Source: Klebsormidium nitens
Lineage: Eukaryota > Plantae > Klebsormidiophyceae
NCBI GenBank assembly: GCA_000708835.1
Contig: DF237192.1
Span: 59,878-123,877, forward strand
Direction of reading: 5' to 3'
Length of the DNA: 64,000 bases
Numbering within the stretch: the first letter of the stretch is position 1; each line of letters opens with the position of its first letter. Of this stretch, positions 35,723-47,608 are shown one piece after another. The translations under genes were made by a program, and so were the position numbers. The notes below the pieces were generated by a model. That model was not told the origin of the DNA. It was given only the letters and a program-made list of their open reading frames with translations, and ran no database searches.

Positions 35723-36410
35723 AATCAGTATAGCATTTGATCTTAAACGTTCTGGTGCTTGAAGGCGCGAGGGTGCATACAATATTCGAGTTAGTGCGTT
35801 TCTTCCCATCTACGTACAATGCCAAAGAAGCCGCGTAACGGATGAGAGTGATCAAAGAACTTTTTGGAGCTGAGTCCGGCCTGGTTGCAGCCATCTGCCT
35901 TCTGATTCTTTCCAAAGCCTCCCATTCCTTTCACTTGGGTTCAAAGGCGCATATTAATATCTCTGTCTTCCATTAAACCTTAAGAAACGGACACAAGCAC
36001 TTCAGGCGAATCAGACACAATTTGAAGACTTCAAAGATCCCTCTTGGGCGACGCGGCTTCGCAATTCTTCTGCGTACAAAACGTCCACCGTCAAATCGCA
36101 GCATCCCCTTTCCATAGCTGGCGTCATTAGAAATGTGTATTGTCATTTCTGATGGGGTCTCGGTAGTTCTCTTACCTCAGCGCCCTTCGTTTGCTTGTCT
36201 TTATGGGCGTCCAATAGCGTTGTAACCCAATAACGATGAGAGCCTCGAAGTTGGCCAAACCAGGCCACGTGTATTATCAGCGCCGTTCGCGCTGTCAGCA
36301 ACAATGGCGCGATGCTTATGGCGTTTTATCACCGTGTTATTCTTTCTTGAAAATCTGTAGACTTTTAGAGAGTACGCTCAAATCTTGTTCCCCAGAGAAG
36401 AGATTAAAAG

Positions 36411-36472
36411 CGGCAGTGATGAGAGAGAAGAATTTTGGGCTCCGGCCCATTTCTGGCGTGCTTCTGATGCCG
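36411..36472 (+). ncRNA. Box C/D-like member (clearest consensus example)
   Basis: CGGCA-GTGATGA-N12-TGGGCTCCGGCCCA-N14-CTGA-TGCCG. Confidence 0.72.
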
Positions 36473-37260
36473 TTCGCAGCATTCAAAGCTCATTCTTGAA
36501 GAAACTTCGATGAGGGCGCACAGTATTATGTCTGTTAGAGGTGAAAGTACTAGACATCTGACTTTTAATCTGATCAGCACGTCTTGTGGAAAGAATGCAC
36601 ATGGCAAGCGCCGTCAGGGCGTACTCGCGAAACGCTACGCGCCGCGCACGTGAGGAAGCCATAGGCATCCAACACTTAGGCATTCTCACCGCCAACTCAA
36701 CCACAGGATGTGACAAGCGGCCGGGATGGACAAATGGAGATTCTCGCCCTCAAAAGTGAAGCTCCCGAAGCTGCTGCATTGAGGCACGTAAGAGCGCTCA
36801 ATTTCAGGTTTGCAAGTATGGCCCCAGCCCAAAACCGTAGCAGCGCGAGCGCGAAGATGCGCGCGCGGCCGCGGGTTCTCTGCGACGAGGCGACGCGGGC
36901 GCCACCCAAGTAAGCGGCCGCGGGTGCTCTGCCATTCAAATCACATGATGCAAGCGATGTTGAGGACAGTAGGTGCACTGAAAAATGCGTCCGAACTCTC
37001 ACACAGTCCGCTGTTGCAAAGGTCTCAGTACGTCTGTCTATCCTGGTCCGCTTTGAACGAACAAGCGGTCCCCAACGGCAGTGAAGTTTGACGAAGGCAC
37101 TTTGGGCTTCCCCCCAGTCTATTTAAGCAAAATGTCTCGCTGTGACGTCGGCCTATGCAGCTTCGTACGGCTTTTGAGCACCTCCCAAAGCCACTTGCCG
37201 CACTCAATGACTGAACGTCGTTTTTTGACGACCATCTCCGTTTTTGGATGCCACGCTAAA

Positions 37261-37340
37261 GTGACAAGGACGAGGCGGAGAGCATCTACCTTGGTGGCCA
37301 AACGAGTCCAGAATATATAAGCTTGCGACCCTGACGTCAT
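37261..37340 (+). ncRNA. AGGACGA-class member with a compensated stem
   Basis: GTGACA-AGGACGA...TGGCCAAacgagtcca...CTGA-CGTCAT. Confidence 0.6.
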
Positions 37341-37478
37341 CGATGGGTGCGCCAATCTAAGCAAGATTCGAATCTACATTGAACGCGCTGGTAATCCCCT
37401 GATACGAAAGAAATACTGGCAGCACAGTCATGATTAGACCTTGATCAATGTACTCTGTAAAACGAAACCGTCAGGGAC

Positions 37479-37547
37479 GGCAGTGCTGACGCAAGCGTTT
37501 TGGGCTTCGGCCCAAAGGTAAATATCTTGAGGCTTGCTTCTGATGCC
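37479..37547 (+). ncRNA. Box C/D-like member with a C(UUCG)G tetraloop
   Basis: GGCA-GTGCTGA...TGGGC-TTCG-GCCCA...CTGA-TGCC. Confidence 0.65.
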
Positions 37548-39408
37548 CCAACCCAGCTCCCGATATTACCTTTATAGGAAAGTTTGAAGGGCTAAGTTCA
37601 TACAAGATGACCGGGTGAGAGCGCGCGCATGTCGGACAGGCTGAGCCCAGGCCGCCGCTCCGAGTCAAGCTGCGCTCACGCAAAATCGTCGCCCGCGGCC
37701 CGGTTGCGATATCACAAGCGAATTGCAGCCGATCCATCTCAAAGTGCCTTTAACAAGAGATCGCGTGTGACACACGTACGTTTCGGGTGCCCATGATGAA
37801 AAAACAGGTACTTAGCAAAGTAGCAAGTCTCTCTGCTCAGTCCAAACTGTTGCGTTCGAATTTGCAAGGGTTTTCATCGTGGGTCGAGAGTAGGCGCACC
37901 GATACTCTGCTTGGGATCAGGCCGCAGGATGCTGCGAGCGCGGTGCGGCCGCGTACGTGCAAGATCAAACTAATAATTCAAGAAGTCGTTATGCGGGCGC
38001 TGTCCGCGCCACCAGGCAGCCGCAAGCTTTGACCGCACCGGAGGAGCGCTCGCGCGCGGGCGCTCGGTAGGTGGCGACGAGCGCGCGCGTGCGGGCAGCG
38101 CCGAGCGTGCCGCGGACTCAAAGATTAGCGTCCTTGCGAACCGGGTGACACCACAAGGATGCGCGCGGAGTTTTGCACTGGCCGACGGAGCCTCCGTGCG
38201 CATGCATCTTTTCCGGAGTGAACAGCTGGTCGCGAGCATTAGCAATGAAGCCTAGTGCTGCCGCGCGCTTGCGCAGCGCGTCTTCGTATCCCCAAGGAAT
38301 GTTCAACGCATGCCGCCTCTCTTATCTCTTTGCTCCAGCGATCATGCTTCGGTCGATCTCCATTCACTATTAATCGTTTCGCGGTTTAAGATCGTTTGCT
38401 GAGGTCGTTTCAATCTCAAATCTGAGCTCAAAATGGTCTGACACAAAGTTTAAGACCAGAATAGTCTAAAAAGCGTAATACTTTCAGGATCAAAATGGCC
38501 TCACAATGATCTTAGACCAGGCTATCATTTACAGTGATCAGAAGGTAGTAATGGATGTGGATTTGAGCCTCTGCTCAACTTTCGTCTCCCAGAACCTGAC
38601 GCCTTTCAGGCTCTTAGTAATCGCTTCAACGAATCTCTCAGTCCTTCGAATTTTATGAGACTCGATTTGGTGGCAGAGTCAACACAACGGATTCTCATTA
38701 CCCAAAGCGGTGCAGCTCATTGCCGTGAAGATCATTTGCGCATATCAACAGTCTTCCGGCTTATCCACAATCCAGACGTGCTCAAAGTTTCAAGTCAATC
38801 GCAAGCTCTCTGCAAGGAATCTAATCTGTCGCCTTTGGTGCCGGCAGGCGTACTAAGTTTCTTGCCAATCGTTAGAAATGAACCACGACTTGCCTTTTCT
38901 AAGCAGCCAAACGCCGTTTTCAAAGGAGCTGGAAGCTAGTGATACCCTTGTGAGTCCCCGGAATGTTGGGCACAGAAAGGTTATGTACGGCAGTTTTGAA
39001 TCAAATCAAAGGGGCGACAGCGCTCGTTAGATATGATGCCACGCAACGTGAATTCTTATAAGCTTTCTTGCGGGAAACTGGCTGCCTCTAGCCGTGGGTG
39101 AATGATCTACGCGCACGTACCAGTACTTCGTCATGTGCGCGCAACCCAATGACGGCTCACTAAAACGCGAGGACTCAGGTGGGCGTTCCTCATTTTCCTC
39201 CCTGAGCTCTGCTCGCTCGGCTAACGTTTGCGCCCGTCCTTGCAAAGCTAGGACTGTACTATCTCACGTGCGTAGCAGACGTGAGAAAGAGAGCCAAACG
39301 CGAGGCTTAGCTGAACCCTATTGTTTTGATGATGTGACCTGACACCATATCTGTTTGCACTTCAGCAACGCGGTAGTGGTTTAATCGTCGCGGAAGAAGC
39401 GACAGAAA

Positions 39409-39483
39409 GGGCAGTGAAGACTAAGCCAACGGTTCTGGGTTTCGACCCAGTGTTGACCTCGTGTTTACCCAAATCTGAGGCCC
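39409..39483 (+). ncRNA. Box C/D-like member
   Basis: GGGCA-GTGAAGA...CTGGGT-TTCG-ACCCAG...CTGA-GGCCC. Confidence 0.62.
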
Positions 39484-40691
39484 AGATTCGGCTTACTTTG
39501 CTCCCACTTGATGTTCAAAGGTGTACGAACACAGAGAAACTAAGTTTCAACAACTGCTTGTTGCTTACGGTCAAGCTGAGCGGAGGCGCCCCAGGCTGTG
39601 TTGTGCCCAAGAAGCGTCTGCTTGAATCGCGCGCGCGCAAGAGCATTTCTGCTGAGTTAAAACCTGGTAGCACCGCATGCTAACCTGGCCTGGGCTATCC
39701 TTCAGCCTGTATACGGTGCTGGCTCATGAGCTGTCAATATCGCGGACGTCACCTTACAGGGCAGCCGCCAGCGATGGCCGAATAAGCATGTGCGGACGCC
39801 GGCGCTCCGTTGAGCCGACTCGGGGCGCTGGCCAATGCTCAACTGCCAGAACAACTTCGCGTTCAGAATTTTGACTTTGAACCACCTCGCTTTCAAATTC
39901 AAGTGATTATGCTATGCGATTGTGGTATTTCAAAGGTGGCGCTGGCCGACGGAGTGGCTGCGGACCTTTGCCTCCTAAGCGGAAAAGCGGTCCGCGAGTG
40001 CTGCCAAGCAAAGAAGCTTCAGTGCGGCTGTCGGGAGCCTGCGCAGCGCGGCTCCCCGGCCGCGAGCAGTGTGGGGTCAAGTGGCCACATCGTATTCGTT
40101 TTTCATTTGAAAGGCGCCGCTTGTTTGCACGTTGCGGTCTTTGACGGAATTCGCACGAATTGGAACCACCGTCTCTTTGAGTCCGAAGAAGGAAACAAGC
40201 AAATCCTTAATACGGTATCAGCTCAGATACGATCGGAAGTATGGTTGTGGCAAGTAAGACACTGTACAGATTTGTTGGCAAAAAGACGCCAGATCTTTCA
40301 GACTTGCAGCCCCGATATTTCTCGTGCCTCTGGTTTTTGCATAGGTGCCTCAAGAGCGCGCCCGCTATCCCGACCAGAAGTACAAGTGCTGTTTGACCGG
40401 AGGTTCTGACGCGGTCAAGGCCGTGAAAAGAAGGCAATCCTTTGGGCGTCGATACCCATAACATTTCCCATCTGACGCTCCACCGCTCAGTCGCTCGCGG
40501 CAACCAATCTAAACAATCGCCCATGAGAAATGCTGCTTGAAAGGCGCTTTGGTTCGGGCACAGTACTCAGAAGGACCCAAGAGCTGTTGGATAATCAGAC
40601 GGTGCTCCTCGCTCAAATTCCAATTCATGCAATTGCGAAAGTGCCACGCGTCATGTATATTCGCATATGCTGCATTCAGGACAATCCGAGC

Positions 40692-40763
40692 GCGGCAATG
40701 ATTGTTTGCTTTTTCAGTGGGCTATTGTGTCCACCATGCAATCCACAGTAGCAAGTGATGCTG
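40692..40763 (+). ncRNA. Box C/D-like member
   Basis: CGGCA-ATGATTG...GTGGGC/GTCCAC...GTGA-TGCTG. Confidence 0.45.
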
Positions 40764-40919
40764 AGACTAGAGCTTCGATATGCAAAACGATGGAGTTTCT
40801 GGGCGGGAAGACTTGGAAAGCATGCTCTCAAGAGAGCCAGATTTTGGTGTACTTGAAAACTAGACTGAAAAGCCGGAAAATGCTCTTTCTGTTAGAGATT
40901 TCATGCTTGTTTTAAGTGT

Positions 40920-41230
40920 TTCCCTGTCCGGTCGTTCGGCTCGCGCTGACCGTTCACCGTCCCGCTCTTTGCGAAGATATTTCTTGCTGCCTTTCCGTTA
41001 CGTTCTCTGAGGCGTTAATACGTCTTGCCTATGTGACCGGAACTCTGTCCCGGGCATTCTGATGAAGTTAAAGTGCGCGGCCGGCACACCTCTCTTTAGA
41101 CGGTTGGAGTCGTACAATCGTACTTCGGTGATACGCTGCTCTATTTGCACGCATCATAGTCTTGCTTGGTCACTTTTGAAGATAGACCGGAAGGCCACTC
41201 TAATATACCGGCCCCTTTGTCGATCTCGTA
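40920..41230 (+). repeat. Duplicated block (paralogue at about 44965-45230)
   Basis: ggctcgcgctga..ccgctctttg(c)gaagat.tttcttgctgcctt and gtgatacgctgctct..cttggtcac shared. Confidence 0.8.
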
Positions 41231-42059
41231 GATAATGTATATGTAGGGTGTTAAGAAAAGGACTCTTCGAAGTGCCTCATTGGGCGGCGTCGTTTGGCTT
41301 TCGCGTGCAAAAGTTTCCAAGGTCATGCATATGAAAATTGCGGTGCGATCTTCTGGCCCAGTTCGTGCCAGTAAGTCCCTCATGTAGATGCGTCTCATGA
41401 TATGGAGCCACTTTTTACTTTGACGTTTCTCCGCAGTACATTCACAGATGCGCTGCAAGCGGAAATGCACCGTTACTTCTGCTCTTGCAAAAAGCAGCCA
41501 AGCTTATGTAGGCTTCGACGTTCATCAGGTCCTTTCTCGCTCCAATCACTAATGGCCGGAGGTTATTCTGGGCACATCTTTACTCAATTCACTACGTTGG
41601 CGTTAAGTTTGATGGCCACGATCGAGCTGTACCGTAGATACTGACAGGTTTCATTCTAATGGAAGACGAGACTGCACACGCGTCAACAGAAGTGGTATGG
41701 CGAATATATTGTAGAGGGTGTCATACCCTCTTAACCCGCCCTTCTGTCAATCTGCAAGTGTCGAACGGATGCTAAAAGTTCGATGCACCTTTGCTAGTTA
41801 ATCATTGGAAGCTTGTTTGCTACCCTAGCTAATCAAAATTGGGCTACAAGAACCTGCGACAATGACGAGAATGGCTTTCTTCCCGGCAGCAACGTCGCGT
41901 ACTTTCAATGTGACGCTAAGGCCAGGATGTCGAAAGAAGCCGGTCACTTACCTTGATTAAAGTGTAAAACCTATTTTGAGAGCTTCATCGAAGAATCTTT
42001 CCTAGGCCGGCACTCGGACCCGGACCGCCAACTGTATATGCATAAATCGACCAGGCGAA

Positions 42060-42380
42060 CCGCACAGTACAGCAGCGCGGCGCGCGGCGCTGGCGCAAAC
42101 TTCACCGGTAAAGACGCTCCGCAGCAGCGCAGCCGCCGGCGGTTTGAATTGATATTATAACGATCGCCCAGAGCGCCGACTCATTTATTGGGAGCTAAAT
42201 GAATTTGCGACCGTCGCCAGCGCAGCCACGCACAAGCTCCGTGCGCAGAGCGTCGAAACGACCGCGAACGTGCGAACTGTACGCGCGCGCTGCGGGCGTA
42301 GGCGGACGATTGCGGGCGCGAGGCCGTTGACGCTCAACGTCGGACGGGAGCGCCTCCGAGCTGTGCGCTGCCCAGTGCTA
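42060..42380. promoter_or_regulatory. CGCG-rich island with a central TATAA core
   Basis: GC arms flanking gatattataacgatc (about 42151-42165). Confidence 0.35.
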
Positions 42381-42646
42381 AAAATATAGATCAAAAAAAT
42401 CATTTAGTCCCAAAGCTTGAAGCATCTACGAAGCCCCGGCAGAGGAGCCGCGGGCAACGGCGAGCTCGATTGTGCCTTACGGCATTCGCCGTGCGCTGTT
42501 GAGTGATGCCAAGTTAACCCCGCAGATCAATGTCTGATTGGGATATTTTGAATACATCGTGGACGCGTACTGTTGGCCTCTCCCTCCCCGCAAAACGTCC
42601 CATTCAAGACGATTCTTGTGAGGCCTAGGTATTTGGGAAATGTCGA

Positions 42647-42715
42647 CGACAATGAGATTAAAGGAACTTGAGCTCTTGGCAGCCCATGCTTGAATTCTAT
42701 GCATTCTCTGACGCC
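42647..42715 (+). ncRNA. Box C/D-like member, degenerate
   Basis: CGACA-ATGAGAT...TGAGCT..AGCCCA...CTGA-CGCC. Confidence 0.35.
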
Positions 42716-43569
42716 CTTAACAGGATGACGGGACTATCATACAGGAACTTGATTTCGAGAATTCGCAAATATGAGCGCAAACCCTTTCAGGCCATTTCGC
42801 ACGTCAATCTCAAACACATTCGAATCGTCGCGATCGGGATCAACTGATCAAACTTGGTGCACGAAAGAACTTTGGAAGGGGACGCGTGATCACTTCGTTA
42901 TATTGGACGGCCCTCTGTACATGGGCCGGGATGTGAGCGCCTTCAACACGAATTGGAATGTTTTGGAAGGGAATTATTTCTGCAGATTCATTTCCGGCGT
43001 GCCATTAGATCTCCAGATTTTGTTTTGGAACGAAGCTAAGCACATTTCCCTGTACCGCCCAATTAGTCCGGGCATGCCAGTTCTCGAGAACCTATTTATC
43101 AAGTTTGTCTTCTTTGCCGGCCTTGAAACGCTCGGGCGTAAAGCTTTTTCGTGGTTTGCCAAGGCGTCTTTGTCAACTCAACTGGTGAGACCAGTTCTGT
43201 CAACCATTCTTTGCAACGGATTGGCTCTGAGGACGACAAACACGAGAGCTTCTGCTCAAGATCAGTGTTACACCTTGACCCCGATGCCTCTCGGCCATCA
43301 TTACGGTAGCCGTCATTTCTCATTCCTTTTTCGAGAAGGGGTATCAAACAACGAATATCACCATGTCCAAAAGAAGCCTGCGGCTTACCATGAGAATGAT
43401 CACAGGGCTGCCGCGGGTTTTATTTTGCGTCTGAGATTCTGGCCACTGGACTCAAGGTCTGTTGGTTGGACCATCAAACTTCCAATGGAAGAAAGTGGCG
43501 CCACACGTTTTACTATCATTGAAACGTCCGGACCTGATGGAAGTGTCCCTCAACTGACGTTTGCGCTTG

Positions 43570-43649
43570 AGGCTTTGATGGTATCAGAAGCCTGGGACCA
43601 TACTTCTAATTGTCCCACTGCAGGTGTCCGCATATCTCATCTGAGGCCT
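43570..43649 (+). ncRNA. Box C/D-like member inside the 368-aa ORF
   Basis: AGGC-T-TTGATGG...TGGGAC/GTCCCA hairpin...CTGA-GGCCT. Confidence 0.45.
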
Positions 43650-43989
43650 TTGTGCAAGAAGGAAAACTATCTACAAACAAGTTGCTGTGTCCTAGAGTCG
43701 AGTCCAAATCCCGGATGGGACAACTCTGGGCTAGAATGTCTTCCTGGGTTTCTGCTTGCTTGCGCACCCCAAAGTCGACATCAATCAGAAGGCTGTTTCA
43801 GCTCGCGTCATCTGAAAGCCGAGCAACCTTTTGAGTTTCGTAGCGCACCGAGTGAGTGTAAGTTAGTCGACTCATGACTACTATGTTGTGCCGCTTTGTC
43901 GCCAACGCTCCTGCGCCGTCTCTGTTCCATCCGCCTGATGAAGGGCCGCTCACGAGCGTGTTTCTGGAGTCGGTCAGATCATACCGATG

Positions 43990-44240
43990 GTGCTTCCCAC
44001 CTCAACATGAAGCTGCTTGTCACTAGTGCTGGACCAGAGAAAAGAAATCCGACATGGGCACGTTTTCAAGGCAGTGTGATTCCAAGCGGTCTGGTCCGCC
44101 CGTAGACTCCTAGCACGTGACCACCCGGCCCCGGGCGCTGAGCGGCTTCGCAGCGGCACACGTCGAGGCGCTCCAACGGCGCGCGCTCTTAGCCGCTTCG
44201 CGGCTTCGCGGCTTCACGGCCGCGCGCGTCGAGGGGAACA
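43990..44240 (+). repeat. Duplicated block including an island (paralogue at about 51555-51780)
   Basis: acctcaacatgaagct.cttgtca, gtgtgatt.c.aagcggtc, gcacgtgacc, cgcgcgctcttagccgcttcgcg shared. Confidence 0.85.
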
Positions 44241-45557
44241 CACAATTCCCGGGAAACACAATACACATTTGTTGGCGACGTAAAGACGCCACGTCTCAAA
44301 ACCCGGAGCCCCAATGCCACTACTTGACTCATACTTCCTCAAACCAGAACAAAACTTCTCTTGCGTCTCTTTTTTGCTAAGGGTGTCTTGAGAGCGCGCC
44401 CGCTTTTCCAGACCAGAAGTACTTTATGCTTTTGACCCGAGTCTCGGACGAGGTCAGGGCTGTAAAAGGACGGCAGCAAATCTTTGGGCTTCCACTACAA
44501 AAGCCCACATAACCTCCTGGCCGGCTGAGGATCGTATGGCCCATAGCTAGTCGATCATATTGAATGCAAGTCCAGTTGGCTCGCGACGACCAATCGCCTG
44601 AAGGCTGCTTACTCAAAAGCGCTTAGAACCGGCGCGGGCACTCAATCAGTGGTGCCCAACTATGCAGTCGGCTGAAGCCCCATCGAACCCAAGAGCTTTG
44701 TTTCATCACCGCGCGCAAGCCCAACGCCTAAATACCAATTTATGTGAGTGCGAACGTGCCATTTAAAGAATATGCATTCTGCATTTTGACATTCCGAAAG
44801 CGGCAGTAGGTTTTTGCTCTTTCGGTGGGCTTTTGCGAAAGGTGGAGTTTCGGGGCGAAACATCAGGGGACAGTGCTCACAAGAGAGCCAGACACCGGTG
44901 TACTTGCGAACTTGACTGCACGGAAAACAATTTTGCTGACAGAAATGTCCTCGCTTGTTTGGACTGTTTCCTTGTCCGATGGTTTGGCTCGCGCTGATCT
45001 TTAGCGTGCCGCTCTTTGAGAAGATCTTTCTTGCTGCCTTCTCGTTCATTCTTAAAGCGTTCAAACTCGCTCATGTGACTGGAAGTCTGATCTAGGGCGT
45101 GATACAATCAAAGTCGGCCGGCCCACCTCCCACTCCATCCTTGAACGATAGAGTCGTACTTCGATCTGTGATACGCTGCTCTTTTTTCATCATCGAAGTC
45201 ACGCTTGGTCACCTTCGAAGATACAAGGCCAATAAGCTAATTTGGAACATGTTGGGCCACGAAGAATGCAGTGGTGTTAATCAGGCTCTCATTGTGTAAA
45301 GTTTTGAGCAACAGAATTTGAGATTGTTAAGTATAAATCCAGCTTCAAGTGAACATTCTCCAGTGGCCTCCTGGCTTTGTCCACAACGGCGACCTCGACA
45401 AACGTCCGCGCAAATTTTATCCATTCGTTTCTTCTCATGGGGAAAAGGTTGCACGTGATACTACCTCCTGGTGGGGGTTCCAGTGCTCCTCTATGATTAG
45501 CCTTCACTCGAGCTCAACGCCTTTTCCAGGTTTTAAGAGGTCCCGATAAAACACACC

Positions 45558-45625
45558 GTGGCAAGGACGAGATCAGCCTGTGGTTTGTTGGCCAAAGAGC
45601 AGTGCAGCATCTCTAATCGACGCCG
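45558..45625 (+). ncRNA. AGGACGA-class member
   Basis: GTGGCA-AGGACGA...TTGGCCAA...TCGA-CGCC. Confidence 0.45.
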
Positions 45626-45750
45626 TTGAGGGCGAAATGCTGTATGTATTGAGTAGAAAAGGCTTTCGACAATCCGCTAGGCTGAATTTCTGGAAAGATT
45701 TCAATACGCTCATTCATGCATCTTTTGCTGCAGAACAAAGAGGCAACTGG

Positions 45751-45820
45751 CGGCAGTGATGACAAAGGCGTTTTGGGCTCCGACCAAACAAGAGTTTTGA
45801 CATTGCTTGCGCCTGAAGCC
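45751..45820 (+). ncRNA. Box C/D-like member
   Basis: CGGCA-GTGATGA...TTGGGCTCCGACCAA...CTGA-AGCC. Confidence 0.6.
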
Positions 45821-46311
45821 CTTCGAAGCTTTCCAGTGCTCTCAATCTTATTTTACAGGCGCACAAGATAGAACCTTTCAAAAGAGGTCAACGAAACAGA
45901 GAACGGATCTGAGCAATGATGACCAGTGGCGAGAATGCTAAGCAATCTGCTTCAGATGTAGGCACGCAACGTTGCGGGGGCGGAAAGCGGAGGATCGAAA
46001 CGCAGCCATGCAATATTACTCGAGTTGGCAAACCTCCGATCGTAGCACCCTACCCAACTTTTCAAGCGAAATATGTAACAAAGGCTCCGCACGTCATTCC
46101 CCCAGGGCCAGGCCGCCTATTTTGAATCTTGCGATGAGAGCTAATTATCATGAGCAAAAGGTTTGAATTTGGTCTCGTCGGGTTCTGAAATAAGAACCTT
46201 GCTTCAAGATGATATCAGGTGGATGCTCTGAGCATATTGCAGGACTGGAAATCATATGTGGATCGCTCCAAGGCACGACTCATACCAGGACGCTCTCTGC
46301 AGAACTCCTTG

Positions 46312-46372
46312 AGGCAATGATGATACATCGCAGTACGGGTTGCCGACACCGTGACCCACTTTCAGAGATGCT
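46312..46372 (+). ncRNA. Box C/D-like member, degenerate D box
   Basis: AGGCA-ATGATGA...GGGTTGC/GTGACCC hairpin...GAGA-TGCT. Confidence 0.35.
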
Positions 46373-46479
46373 CCAGCAGGTCCTCTCTTTAAGAAGCTAC
46401 CGTTTACGATCGGAGGGTGCCCCAAACGCAATGGTCCAAGATGAACTGCTGCTTCTATGAGTAAGACCGTCAACGTCGG

Positions 46480-46830
46480 GTGTCATGGCCGCTTAGCAGG
46501 CCCCGAGCGTTCTGCGGCCGCGGGCGTTCAATGCCCGCGCACACGCGCACTGAACGGTTCAGTGCGCGAGTGGAGCAAGCAGCGGCCGTAAGCGCTCTGG
46601 GCGACTGGGCGGCAGCCCCGAACCGCCAGCTCACCAAGCGGGCGCCGGTCTGCGCCCATTGCAACGGGCGCGGCGCCGACGATTGGCGCGATTGATATAT
46701 ATTACAATGAGAACCGTCGTGCACAAGGCCAGCGTGCACGTTGGCGGTTTTCCATCTTGAAGTGCGGCATTGGACGCTGAGCACCGCGCGGCCGTGGGCG
46801 TTGGTCAATGGAGGAGCCGCTCGCGCAAGA
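46480..46830. promoter_or_regulatory. CGCG-rich island with GATTGG and a TATATA core
   Basis: gattggcgcgattgatatatattaca at 46681-46706 between GC arms. Confidence 0.38.
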
Positions 46831-47048
46831 GTGCTTTAGCTGATCCACTCAGATGTAGCAAGGGCAAGAGCCTGTGAATTTGATTCGACATCCAGCCGAG
46901 GCCTAGCTGAGAACTTCGGATTATTCGATGTTCAGATGCCAACTTTAGCCTGGACAATAAGGCAGCACCCTTCTGGTGCCTTTGTTACACAGGTTTTGCA
47001 TCTGTGTCTGGCACCCTCACTTTCAAAAGAGAGGAAGCAATTTTTGCA

Positions 47049-47124
47049 AGGCAGTGAAGACCCAACTGACACGTTCTCGTTCTGGGCTCCCGCCCAATCA
47101 TGGACCATGCATGGTTTTAATGCT
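47049..47124 (+). ncRNA. Box C/D-like member, degenerate D box
   Basis: AGGCA-GTGAAGA...TGGGCTCCCGCCCA...TTAA-TGCT. Confidence 0.4.
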
Positions 47125-47545
47125 CTGCTGGCGGCTTCCCATTGCCTTTTCAAGTCGAGTGCATACTAGATGATATGGCCCCGCCCGCAAACGAGGAATG
47201 ACCAGTTTAAGTTCAAGGCCCCCGGACATCAGAAAGAAGGCACATGGACGAGCTGGTCGGGGTGCGTTGGCCATGGAGGGCCCTCGAAATCAACTCAAGC
47301 AACAACCGATCACACAGTGACTTGACGAAAACGCTATCTTTTGCGACGCCCGGCGGCATTGTGTTTTGACTGCGCGTACGAACACGCACCTCTTTTCGAT
47401 TCTTCACTTCTCACCCACCACAGATGGCTAGAATGTTTAGTCATAAGTTCCGTTGGGCGGGCGTCGATTCTTGGTTCCTTCCTCCCAGCATTTTATCCAC
47501 GCCAAACGTAATTGTTGAAGTGTCTTACGCTATACTGCAGTAGCT

Positions 47546-47608
47546 GTGGCAAGGACGAGAGCCTCTGCATGCTTTGTTGACACAAGTACGAGGCCACTCT
47601 GATGCCAT
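47546..47608 (+). ncRNA. AGGACGA-class member
   Basis: GTGGCA-AGGACGA...acgaggcca-ct-CTGA-TGCCAT. Confidence 0.6.

Larger units (their letters stand above)
34170..37550 (+). repeat. Segmental duplication copy 2
   Basis: Same blocks in the same order, about 6 kb downstream of copy 1. Confidence 0.85.
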
